Shown: piece by piece, positions 13,035-25,125 of the stretch
How the letters are laid out: the number at the start of each line of letters is the position of its first letter
Position numbering within the stretch: position 1 is the first letter of the stretch
NCBI RefSeq assembly: GCF_009914755.1
Contig: NC_060927.1
DNA from: the human T2T-CHM13v2.0 reference genome, Homo sapiens
Reading direction: 5' to 3' (one strand)
Length of the DNA stretch: 64,000 nucleotides
Translations under genes and position numbers: made by a program
The notes under the pieces: model-generated
The model's database searches: none
Told to the model about the DNA's origin: nothing
What the model saw: only the letters and a program-made list of their open reading frames with translations

Positions 13035-14348
13035 CGTATTAGGTTATTCTTGCATCCCTTTAAAGAAATACCTGAGGCTGGGTAATTTATAAAGAAAAAG
13101 GCTTAATTTACTCACAGTTCTTCAGGCAATACAGGAAGCATGATGCTGGCATCTGCTTGGCTTCCAGGGAGATGTCAGGCAACTTACAATTATAATGAAA
13201 GCAAATGCAAGTGAGGTGTCTCACATGGTGAGAGCAGAAGCACGGGTTGGGGGAGGTGCCACACACTGTTAAACAACCAGATCTCATGAGAACTCAACAT
13301 CACTGAGGACACCTCCAAGTGGCATGCTCTTAAATCATGAGAACTTCCCCCATGATCCAATCACCTCCCACCCAACCCCACCTTTAACACTGGAGGGTAC
13401 AATTGAACATAAATTTTTGGTGGGCACACACAGCTGAACCACATCCTTCTTCCCCTTGCTCCTTCCACATCTCATGTCCTTTCACATTGCAAAATACAAT
13501 CATGTCTTTCTAGCAATCTCCCCCAAAGCCTTAACTCATTACAGCAATAACTCAAAAGTCCGAAGTCCAAAGTCTCATCTGAGACAATGCTACTCTCTTA
13601 AGCTTATAAAGTCAAAATTCTTTTAAAAAAATCTAGTTACTTCCAAGATACAGTGGGAGTATAGGCATTGGGTAAATACTCTCATTCCAAAGGGGAGAAA
13701 TCAGCCAAAAGGAACAAGCTACAGGCTCACGCAAGTCCAAAATCCAGCTGGGCAGTCATTAAATCCTAAAGCTACAATATAATCACCTTTGACTTCATGT
13801 CCCAAATCCAGGGCACACCAATGCAAGAGGTAGGCTCCCAAAGGCTTGGGCAGCTCTAGTCCTGTGATTTTTCAGGGTTCAGCCACCACAGCTGCTCTCC
13901 CAGGCTGGCATTGAGTGTCTGTGGCTTTTCCAGGCACAGGATGTATGTTAGTCCACTCTTGCTTTTCTATAAAGAATTATCTGAGACTTGGTCATTTATA
14001 AGGAAAGAGGCTTTATTAGATTGTGGTTCTGTAGGCTGTTCAGAAAGCATGGTGGCATCAGCTTCTGGGGAGGCCTCAGAGTACTTAAAATCATAGCAAA
14101 ATGTGAAGAGGAAGCAGACACATCTGTCTGGAGCCGCAGGAAAAGAGAGAGGGAGGAGGTGCTACACAGTTTTAAAGAAAGACCTCATGGGAATTTTATC
14201 ACAAAAACAGCACTAGGGGGATGGTACTAAATCATTCATGAGAAACTGCCCCTGTGATCCAATCACCTCCCACCAGGCCCCACCTCCAACACTGGGGATT
14301 ATAACTGAACATTAGATTTGGATGGGGACACAGATTCAAACCATATCA
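13035..14348 (-). mobile_element. MST (MaLR) provirus: LTR 13035-13446, shortened internal region 13447-13940, LTR 13941-14348
   Basis: Two homologous LTRs (tgatccaatcacctcccac in both). MaLR internal motif 'caaaagtccgaagtccaaagtctcatctgagacaa'. 5-bp TSD atctc/atctt. Confidence 0.9.
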
Positions 14349-16664
14349 ATCTTCTTCTACTGCACTTCCATCTAATCTTAAATCTACTATTTTGCCTCAT
14401 ACATGTTTCCTTGACTTTTAAAGACAGTACTTGAAATTTGTTTCTTTGACTTTTATGGATGCTGGTTAAAATTTACTTCTGTGTAGTATATGTTGTTTCA
14501 ACAGATGATATTATTTATTTTTTGTATGTATGTCTTACTTCCTCTGTGCCACAAAAAGTCACCTTGTTCCTTTTTCTTAATTTTTTTTTTGCATCTATAT
14601 TTTTCTCTTTACCATTAAAGAATTGGGAGTTCTCTTTTAGTCTGATATTTCAGAAATAAATACTTCAGAAATAAGGTTTTTTTTAAGAATTTTCTATTTT
14701 GAACTGGTATGTGTTTACAGACCATTTTTAGGGCCAACTATAAAACTTGTTAACAATGTAATCACTGAGCTGGTTATTTGTCTATAGGCACTTAGCTCTG
14801 CTCTAACCTTTTGTGATTTCCCTTCCCTGCAGGAAGCTGGAAGCCTAAAAACTTTATTTCCACTGATCCTTTACCATCTTGATTATTTAGCTTCTGCCAT
14901 GGGGAAGTAATAATGAATTGGAAGGTGGGAGTAAGAAAGGAGTCCTTTATTCTCTGCATATTGTGGTGCCTCTGGAAGGGGGCCGATGGAGACTGAAATA
15001 TCTCTGATGGTTTCAGTGTTTCTGAATGTACACTGACTGAGCTCTTCCAGTGCAATCAGAAGTAGCCCATGTATTCCACAATGTACTCATCATTCCTACC
15101 ATTATAATCAAGCAAAATAGCCCATTTCAGCCTCACATACTTGCCTTTAATTTAATCCAGTTGATGTACAGTTTTGCATTTGCTGACATGAAACAGAAAT
15201 AGCCCATTATTCACTGGCAAAAAAGTCACAACTTTCAGATGACAAATAGATTAACAAACTCACATTCCAATCCTTGAAAGCCTATTTCTGAGTTTGCTTC
15301 TTTAACAAATACCAAAGCAGCCAAAGTTTAGTTGGGAAATGAAAGCCTTTCTGGTGATATCAAACAGACAGGAATAGAAATAAATAAATTGATGGCAGAG
15401 AGTTCTAGAGAGTTAAAGGAAGGGGTTTTCTGGAGAAGTGACTGGAGATTATGAAGGGGATGGTGAGCAGCCATTGGAGAGTGTTACGGTCACTTGCCTT
15501 AGTCCATAAGGTCACACTTACCTCCAACAAGCTGAGGGTGATGTCACTGCCTTTTCTTCTGTTGCTATTGCTGCTTCATATGAACTAAGCTTGCCCTCTC
15601 TGCTCCAGATGCTGTTGACACAACCACTGACTCTGCTGAAGCCACTGTAACAGTCTCTGTGTAGGCAACACATGAAGCAGCAAAAATGGCTTTTTCCTTC
15701 CTCTTGCCAGTGCACTCATTGTAAAAGCTGTCTCCTGGTAAACTGCCCTGAAAGTCTGTCCTTTGGAGTTAACAAAAATATACTTTGCAGGCTTTTAGTC
15801 CCTTAGAAATATAGAGGAAAGCATGGAATGACAATAGGAACTAAGAGACAAAAATAAATAAATAAATATTATGCAGAGAAGAGTTTGCATGATTTAGCAC
15901 TTTGACAATCCTGGTAGGCAAAATTCATCTTTGCATAGATTATCCTATTTGGGACAAATGTACTGAATTAACTTCTAAACCCAGTGTTAATATGCCTCTT
16001 TCCAGAGAAGGAAGAGCCTTGATTCTTAAGATCATTTGTTGACTAAAATAATCATTAAGACAGCAAAGAACTTTACTGCCAAGTAAAAACTTTCTCTGGG
16101 GCTACTACTATCTCCACCAAAAGCTGCGTATATTAAGTACAACTACACAGTCATCTGAATTCTCAGGTCCTATCCAGATTATTAAACATTTCCTGCGTCA
16201 AAGAAGACTCTCAAAAACTGCTCCCTGCTACTACAGGCTTTCTGTTGGGAACAGGAAGATGTCACTACTAGACCTGTACACTACTACAGGCTTTCTGTCA
16301 GGAAATCTTGAGTAATGACATTACCATTGCTATGACATCTGCTAATCTGTAGTAACGAAAGGCGTTCTAGTTAAAATACTTGTTTGGAATCTCACGGCCT
16401 GTCCCTGTCAGCCGTTTTCCTGTCAAGGCAATTCATGGGATATAGGCTCTCTTCTGGTTTATTTGGGAGGAAAGACATGTTCTTATTTCAAAGGAAAGTT
16501 TTGAGATGTAGGCTGGTGGGTCCTTTAATTTCAATCTATTTCTGCTGTGTGTAGTAGAAAACACAGAAGTCTGAACTAAGATGGTTCTTTTGCCTTGCTT
16601 TCAATTCTAATGAACAGTTTTCCCAGTTTTATATTTCCTGTGCCATTCAGGTGGAAAAAAAAGA

Positions 16665-17163
16665 TACATCAGTTTTCTATTGCTGCTCTAACAAATTACC
16701 ACAAACTTAGTTGCTTAAGTGATACAAATGTATTCGTCTGACATTTCTGTGGGTTGGAGGGCCAAGGGATTCACTGAACTAAAATCAAAGTGTCTGAAGA
16801 ACTGTATTCCTTTCAGGAAGTTTTAGAGGAGAATCTATTTTCTTGTCAGCTGCTAGAATCTGCCCTCACTTTCTGGTTCATGGGTCTTTTGCCCCATCTT
16901 CAAAGATGCCAAATGCAGGTCAGCTCCTCCTATCACATCACTTTTACTCCTCTCTCTCTCTCTCTATCTCACCATACCTGAGAAGGTTTCCATGCTTTTA
17001 AGGACTCACGTGATTATATTGGCCCACCACAATAATCTCCTCTCAAGGTCCAAGATGCCAATCAGATTTGTAAAGTCTCTTTGGCCACAGAAGATACCAT
17101 ATTCACAAATCTCAGGAATTAGGGCATGGATATTTTGGGGGAGCCATTATTCTGCCTATTACA
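16665..17163 (-). mobile_element. MLT1D-like solo LTR
   Basis: agttttctattgctgctctaacaaattaccacaaacttagt ... tttaaggactcacgtgatta ... gagccattattctgcctattaca. Confidence 0.85.
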
Positions 17164-19419
17164 AAAGAGTATTATTTCTTAATCCTACTATCTTTTCCTC
17201 TTTCCTTCCTTTCTTCCTTTCTTCTGTCCTTCCTTCTAGAATGACATTTTCACTACAACTTCCTAATATATTGCAAAGAATTTGAGTATAAAAATCTGTC
17301 TTAATTTTGTATAACCCCAGGACCTAGCACAGTGTCTTGGCAGTGAAATATAGTGAAAATAACGATCCCTAATTTATCTTAAAATATCTTTCTTACACCT
17401 ACTCAGGGCTGGCGATTGTGCAATGTAGTAAAGACAGAAAAGTAAGCAAAGTAGAAATGTTTGTGGATCTTGGGGAATAGAGATAGTAAACACATACTTT
17501 TAAGTGTCAGAGTGCAAGAGAGCGAGCACCACCTAACTGCTAAATAGCCTCTCTAATTTTCTCCTTCACAAAATAAAAATAACCCAATAATATCTACCTT
17601 CAGTTTTTTTGCGTGAAGAATAAAGAGGCTAAAATATCACAAAATACTTTACAAACTATAATGTCCTGTATTGACCAAACAAAAAAAGTGTTATCACTTG
17701 TGAAAGCACCAAATGTTACTTCAATTGTTGAATTAAATTTTCACTAAAACTCAAGAGACTGCCATGCTAGTCTGTAATGGGCAAATATTTTAAATTTATA
17801 CCAAAATGGAAGCACTGCCTTTACTGCAATCTTTTGATTTAGTCTTTAAATAATAGTCATTAATCTCCTCTATGCTGATGTGATTTAGAAGGCAGTGTGT
17901 TCATTTTTCCCACCTAGCATTTAGATTAATGCCATTCTGGCATTTCTTTGTGCAGGGTAATTCAAGGGACAGCCATACCGCAGAGATGGTTATTTTATAT
18001 TGCTCTGTCCAGATTACTTTATCTACTTGTAGGTACTAGAGTCCAATCATTCCTGCTTAGAAAAATTGAGGAAGGGGCAAGATTTATTTTCTCAAGTATT
18101 TTTCTAAGAATCTAATACACATACATAAAACACTGCACTAAATGTTGGTAATACGAATATACATACAATCATGTCCCTCCTCTTAACTTGTTCACTGTTT
18201 ACTATAAAATATATAAAGTAAACTGATTGTCCTAAAGAATGTGAAGAGTCCTATGAAAACAACAGTAAGTCTATTTTATGTATAATAGGTTTTCAAGATT
18301 TTGTAATTTCTTCCAACACCCTGGAAAATTAGTGCAATTTTCATGCCCAATAGAAAATCTTGAAAAAAAAAAAATGGCACCATTTCCTCTTCCCTGGGCA
18401 ACAGATCTGAAAAAAAAAAAAAAAAAAGTACATGGGAAGTTTTGCATCCCTCTCTTTCACCTGCTAGAAGAGACTCACAGGACTCAGAAGGAAAACAGCA
18501 ATAAGAAAAGAAAATTTGAGCAGGGAAGAAGTAAGGTAAGGATGTGAAGAAAAAAGAGACCCAGCAATCGTTCTCAATCGAATAGCAATTTCAGTTTCTA
18601 TTGCAGGTCCTTATGAAAAGCAATGAATTTTAGTATTTAGGAGTCCATTTCTGTTCGTTCTAGGTCAACTTTTTTAAGAGAGGGAGAATTCTTGCATTCA
18701 TTTTCCAATTTAACTTACAGATTTTATAATGACATCTGAAAAGTGTTAATAATTATTAGAAAGATTAACCTCTTTTTTTTAACTTAAACATTGGTTTTCT
18801 CTACTGGACACTTATGCTTTTATTAAATATTTCTAAATATAATTCTCCCTGGCTATTTTGAGAATATTGTTTAAGTAACATTGAAATTTAACTAGAATTC
18901 CTAAAAGTATGCTAATGCTTTTCTTCAAGCAGTTCCAATTCCAAATGGAGTGCAGAAAACGTTAGGTGGTAATGGGAGGTGAAGGGATAGTCCACGAGTG
19001 ATCACACCACACATGTTTTAACTGTCAAAGTCTATAGCTCGCCAAACTGAAATACTCATGAAATTCTTCTGTAAAGTATCAAGTACCATACTAACATTGC
19101 AGCTCTTTTTCAGTCCTAACTAAAATGCAATAGATTAAAGACAGACTACATACACTTAAGTGACATTTTTAATGCAGAAAGTTTGCCTGTTTTGACTATT
19201 TTTACCAACCAAGGTTGATACTTTGAGCCACTTTAGATCTTGGCTTTGCATTGATGATATGTAAGTGATACAAATCCTTTCACTGTAAGAAAATTTTAAT
19301 TATTTCGAATTAAATATATTAAATGTATTTATATTTATTATATTGTACTTACTTCTATAATGAGATCACTAACTTTTCTTGTTTTCTGAGAAAATATTGA
19401 AACTTCAGCTTTAAATTTT

Positions 19420-19560
19420 TGCTTGATAATCTTAGACAAGTTCCTTAACTTCTCTTCTTTTCAGTCTCCAATCTGAAAAATAGAATCCAGTATATCCATT
19501 TCACAGGGTGATAGAAAATGTATAGAACATTAAAGATTGCCTGGCATAGTATATTTATCT
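19420..19560 (+). mobile_element. MIR fragment
   Basis: cttagacaagttccttaacttctc...cagtctccaatctgaaaaatagaat. Confidence 0.55.
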
Positions 19561-21471
19561 ACTTCTAAAAATCATCACAAGGCACCTCATTAATTTATAT
19601 CTGTATAATGGAAAATTTACAGAGTTATTGCTTTGTAGATATTTTAAATTATTTTATCTTAAACTTGTCTTAATTCTTATGAAAGAATAAATTTTACTTG
19701 ATGTTTAGTAATTACATTACTAGACTAAAAAACAAAAGCCATAATATTTCAATAGACCACAGCTGGCGTAGGTCTACACCATCACAGAACTACACGCATT
19801 TAGGGTTAATTATTTTCATCTTCTGTTAGCTTCTGTCAGGATCTCTAATAACAGGTTATTCTACTACTCTTTCACTAGAAAAAATAAACTGGAAAGGACA
19901 CAAAATAGAGTAAAAACAATTCTGGTTTGTATTTAGATGACCAGTTTAGGATCACTCCTTTATAGTTATTAGATCTATGGCACTGAGCAATCATTATCCT
20001 TATGTCTTTTTTCAGGGATTTTTCAACAGTCTGTTGAGGAAGCCAAAGGACCTTCCTAGTAATTTATCATGCATTGATGTTACTTTCATCTGTGAACATA
20101 TGGACTCGGTTACTTTCATTAGAAAAACAAAATTGCAGTGTTTAAACTGTTGTATTCCTACAAGACAATTTCTTACAAAGGAATGAACACATACAAAATA
20201 TTTTTCAGTCTTTATGTCTTAAAGTATAACATGAGAATGTATTTTATGCATTATTCTTAATATGCATGGTAGAGAATAGAAGCAGCTCTGTTTTTCAGTG
20301 CCCTAAATAAGAAAGAAAAAGTTAAAATTATATTTTAATTTCTTTACATATAAGCATATTGGGCAACAAAAGGGAAGGCAGCCCAACCTCAGGACAAGAA
20401 ACATTGACAGGTTTTTGTACATGAAATGAGATTGATGGACAATTTTGTCTGCCACTTTTAAGACAAAAAAAAAATTTTAATCTTAAAAATTATTAAATTT
20501 TGTCCAGACATTTGAAATAATTCAGATAGAACCTTCACCACCAGAAAGTTAAGAAACCAGTGTTCGTAATATTTCTTGAAAAATATTATCTGGATAAAAA
20601 TGGAAGGACTTTGTATTCTCTTTGAAGCTCATGAATTTAAATTTCACATATTTCATTTACTGACTTAAAATTAATTTATTAACTACTTTGTGGCCTGGAA
20701 AGAAGACAGACATTTCCCATGATTTGGGTAAAAAATTTCCTAAAACATGAAATGTGCGATGATAAAATATTAACTGAAAAATACTTAAGTAGAATCAAAT
20801 AAATGTTTCACAAGTTTCAATGTTATATATGAACAAAATTATCCTTAAAAATCCTGCAAGTCACCCTGAAACCGATTTTGAACATTTTGTATATCCATAC
20901 AATTATTATTTTGTATGTACAATCTGTCTTTATATATGTATAAATGTATTATTTGCATGAGTTAATTTTATACATATTACATTTTATACCCACACAGCCT
21001 CATGAGTCTATTGTTATTAGTTTCATTTAATCAATAAGGCTAAGCTGCAATGGCAACTGGACCACGGTTACCAAGTAGAAAGTTGCAGAATCAGTCTATT
21101 AAATAAATAATTACTAAGGGGGAAAAAATCCATATCTTTATAATCCACACTGGGCAAATCAAATGTTACTGATTTAATTTAAAATATCTAAGTCAGTATT
21201 ACAACAGTGAATGAAACATTCTCTCTCTCTCTCTTTCCATGCCCTAAAAAGACAAAAATACAAATTATATTCACCTCAAAGAAATTTTTTTTTAAAAAAT
21301 GCCTTGCTTTAAGGGATTAAAAACAAAGAATAATAAAATCTCATTGAATAATGGAAGGTATGGAATACAGCTATCATATACCCAGAAGTAAGGGTGCCTC
21401 CTTTCTCTAAACAAGAGAATCTAGAAGCCCTTATTTTTATATTTGATTGGCCAATGCTAAAAGACTTAGTT

Positions 21472-21657
21472 CCGAGGTTCTCAAAGTGTGGTCCGGGAAC
21501 CAGCACATCAGCATCACCTGGAAACTCATTAGAAATGTCAGTACTCTGGCTCCTCCCCAAACCTACTGAATCAAAAACTCTGAGCGTAGGGCCCACTAGT
21601 CTGGTTTAACAAGCCATTCAGGTGAGTTTTATATACTAAAGTGTTTGAGAACCTTTG
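21472..21657 (+). mobile_element. MER5A hAT-Charlie MITE
   Basis: ggttctcaaagtgtggtcc...catcagcatcacctggaaactcattagaaatg...tttgagaacc with inverted termini. Confidence 0.9.
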
Positions 21658-21970
21658 GCTTACTGAGACTATGTGTTTTATTTTCTCCCCTCAGGTGTGG
21701 ATGAAACGAGGCTTCACCCCTGAGTCTGCAACCTTAGACAAGTTTCTCCACAATGCTACTCTGAGATCAAGATCTCAACTGTACATCCTGGAGACAACAC
21801 AACAACACAAGGGAATAAAATCTTATACAACTGTCAGAGGTATTGTGGAGTTCAAATTAGATGATATACAATGACACCAAGGAAAATACATTGTGAAATT
21901 TGACGAGATTCTGAACTCAAAAAGAGATGCTGCTCTATTCATTTCAAAACAACTCATAATAAAAGTGTTC

Positions 21971-22304
<334 letters not shown>

Positions 22305-24105
22305 CTAATCACACCTCAATCTCACTTTTATTTTTGCTCTTCTTGTTTTTTTCAACTGGCACCTGGAGCAGGTCAGTCACATTCCTCATTTTTCAGGGAC
22401 ACCTTCGATGCCAGATTCTTTTTGCCTTCCGGTAAGATTTTTTTTTTAGTATCTTGGCCATTTAGGGGGAGGGAGGATAAGAAATAAAGGGACAGTATTA
22501 GAGCGTTAATAAATTGTTTTTTGTAAATACGTTTTAGGATGTTCACATGTAGTGCTTCTTCAAGATTTCTAAAAGTATCTACGTTATGGCTTCACTCTAT
22601 CATTGTAAGCCTTACTAGGATTCCTGAATTTTGACATATATTTATTTTTTCTTCTGACTCAAGCTTTGAATGACAAGAATACTGTCATGTTTTCTATATT
22701 TTCCACAAGATAGATAGAATAAAATACCCATCAACTCTCTTTACACATAGACTTTTTAATAAATTGTTTAAACTATTCACATCTCCAATGGCTAATTTGG
22801 GATGATACAGAAATGCACATGTTTTTAAATATATATCAAGAGCATATTAAACAATTCCACAGCACAGATGAATAATATTGTTACCAGTGAAATTTATGCT
22901 GTATCCTAAAACAAATAGCCAATATTTGACATAATAAAGCAAATATCCTTTTACCTTTACTATCAGTTTGGGGGCTGTTAAATTATTGGGGAAGTGGCAG
23001 GTAAAATTTTCTTTTTATCTTTTCTGAAAATAAAATAATTTGGTAATGTTCCAGGTCAGTATACAAAGAGTTTTCTAATTTATGTATAAATTTTTAAAAT
23101 AAAGTATAATAGAGCAAAAAGCTCACTAGCATTTAGAACTGTCCTGATAACAGAATGACAGGGCCTGGGCTTGAATTTTGTGTAAAAAGATTGTAGGTGC
23201 CAAATCATCTCCATTTCTCATATCATGATTAATTCTCCAGAGAATTATAGCAGGTACACAAATTAGAAGAGCTCTTTGAATCTTACTTTCAAATTTGAAA
23301 AAGAAAATGTGTATTGTTTTGCAACATAGCTTTTGAATTAATGTTTTTAATTTATATTATTATTCTGACCTAATATTTAGGTATTATATATTTGAAATAA
23401 AAAGAGAGGCCACCATCATATTAAGCATGACATGAAGTACCTGGCATATTCTGAGTTATGTGTACAGGTAATTAGTTCTAACTCAAGGTAATGTTCTCAT
23501 AAATAGGGAACAAATATTACCAAATTCATTAATTAGTCATGCTTATACTTCTGTCATTTGGAATAATGTGTTTGCTTGAACTAAGGTTTCCTATTTATTA
23601 GAGTCATTAATGACTGTCAGTAAGATACAGTGCTCTAACATTTCACCAATATTTGAGAAACGCACAGGTATTGCATTTTTTTAACAGGGGACTAGTCTCA
23701 TTTTATATCTGTATGGAATGACAACCACAGTATTAAATTCCCTTGGCCTATTTCTGCTACTTTCCTTTATTTCATTCATCCTACTGTTTCCTTTATTTCA
23801 TTCATCCTCTACCATTTTTATTCTTATAACACGTATATCATTGTATCATAATTACTTGTTTGCATTTCTGCCTTCCTCCACTAAAGCACATGAATCATTC
23901 TGCTTCTCATAAGCATCCTCATTTATTGTTTAATGAATTTAAACATTCACTTATACACATATATTTCAATAAAACTTTCAAATAAACTATTTTAACTAAA
24001 TTAAAATATTTTAGCTGTTAATATACGTATGCAATCATTCTTCTGTGAATATATGCAACATACATTACTTTGCATTATATATCTAAACACAAACACAAGG
24101 ACTAT

Positions 24106-24290
24106 TGTATTAGTCCTTTTTCATGCTACTGATATAGACATACCCAAGACTGGGTAATTTATAAAGAAAAAGAGGTTTAAAGGAATCACAGTTCCATGTG
24201 GCTGGGGAGGCCTCACAATCACGTTGGAAGGTGAAAGGCACATCTTACATGGCAGCAGCCAAGAGAGAATGAAAGCCAACTGAAAAGGGA
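24106..24290 (-). mobile_element. THE1 LTR, truncated
   Basis: tgtattagtcc...gacatacccaagactgggtaatttataaagaaaaagaggtttaa...gctggggaggcctcacaatca. Confidence 0.9.
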
Positions 24291-24593
24291 ACAAGAATAA
24301 AAATATATATCCATGCTAATGGGAGGTTGCTTATAAGACAATGTCTGACATATATGATTTATTACAAGTTATTGATTCCAATATTTTTAAAAATCTACCA
24401 CAACACATTATCAACAAAATAAAATCACACAAAATCCTGTTAAATATTTTGTTATGATATTTTATGCAACTTTTTAAAGCATATATTATTTCACCTAACT
24501 AAAATGTATATGAATAATATTTCTACATTTTCATAATGAACTAAGGCAGCATTTCCCAAAGAGTGTTTCAGAAAATACGTCTTTAGAGATGTT

Positions 24594-24631
24594 CTTTTTT
24601 TTTTTATTATACTTTAAGTTTTAGGGTACAT
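24594..24631 (-). mobile_element. Extreme 3' tip of a young L1PA element
   Basis: ttttttttttattatactttaagttttagggtacat is the reverse complement of ATGTACCCTAAAACTTAAAGTATAATAAAA. Confidence 0.8.
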
Positions 24632-24649
24632 AAAAATGAATTAATGTTA

Positions 24650-25125
24650 TATAGATTAAAAATAAGCATATGAAAATGTTCTCAACAACATAAGTCATCA
24701 GGGAATTGCAAATTAAAACAACGAGATACCACTACGTACATATTAGAATGAATATAATAAAAAAAAACTAAATTCAAATTGCTGACAAAGATGCAGAACA
24801 AGAATTCTCACTCATGCTGGTGAGAATATAAAATGGCACAGCCACTTTGGAAGACCACTTGGCTATTTCATACAAAAACAACACTTTTCCTATACAACGT
24901 AGCGATCATGCTACTAGATATTCATCCAGCCAAATTGGGAATGTATGACCACATAAAAACCTATATGTTAATGTTTATAGTGACTTTATTCATAGTCAGC
25001 AAAAATGGGAAACAATCAAAATGTCTTTCCATAGATGAACAGGTAAACTTGACACATTCATATAATGGAATATTATTCAGCAATTTAAAAAATGAGCTCT
25101 CAAGCCATGAAAAGGCATGAATAAC
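24650..25125 (+). mobile_element. Old L1M (L1MB/L1MC-like) ORF2 end and 3'UTR fragment
   Basis: aataagcatatgaaaatgttctcaac...gcaaattaaaacaacgagataccactac...ggcacagccactttggaagac. Confidence 0.85.

Noticed and set aside
15430-15800. Possible old LTR remnant (also 31050-31450)
   Set aside because: LTR-like composition, but too decayed to assign a family or boundaries by eye.
16228-16298. CRISPR-like repeat-spacer-repeat
   Set aside because: Only two repeats, in primate DNA, with no cas genes.
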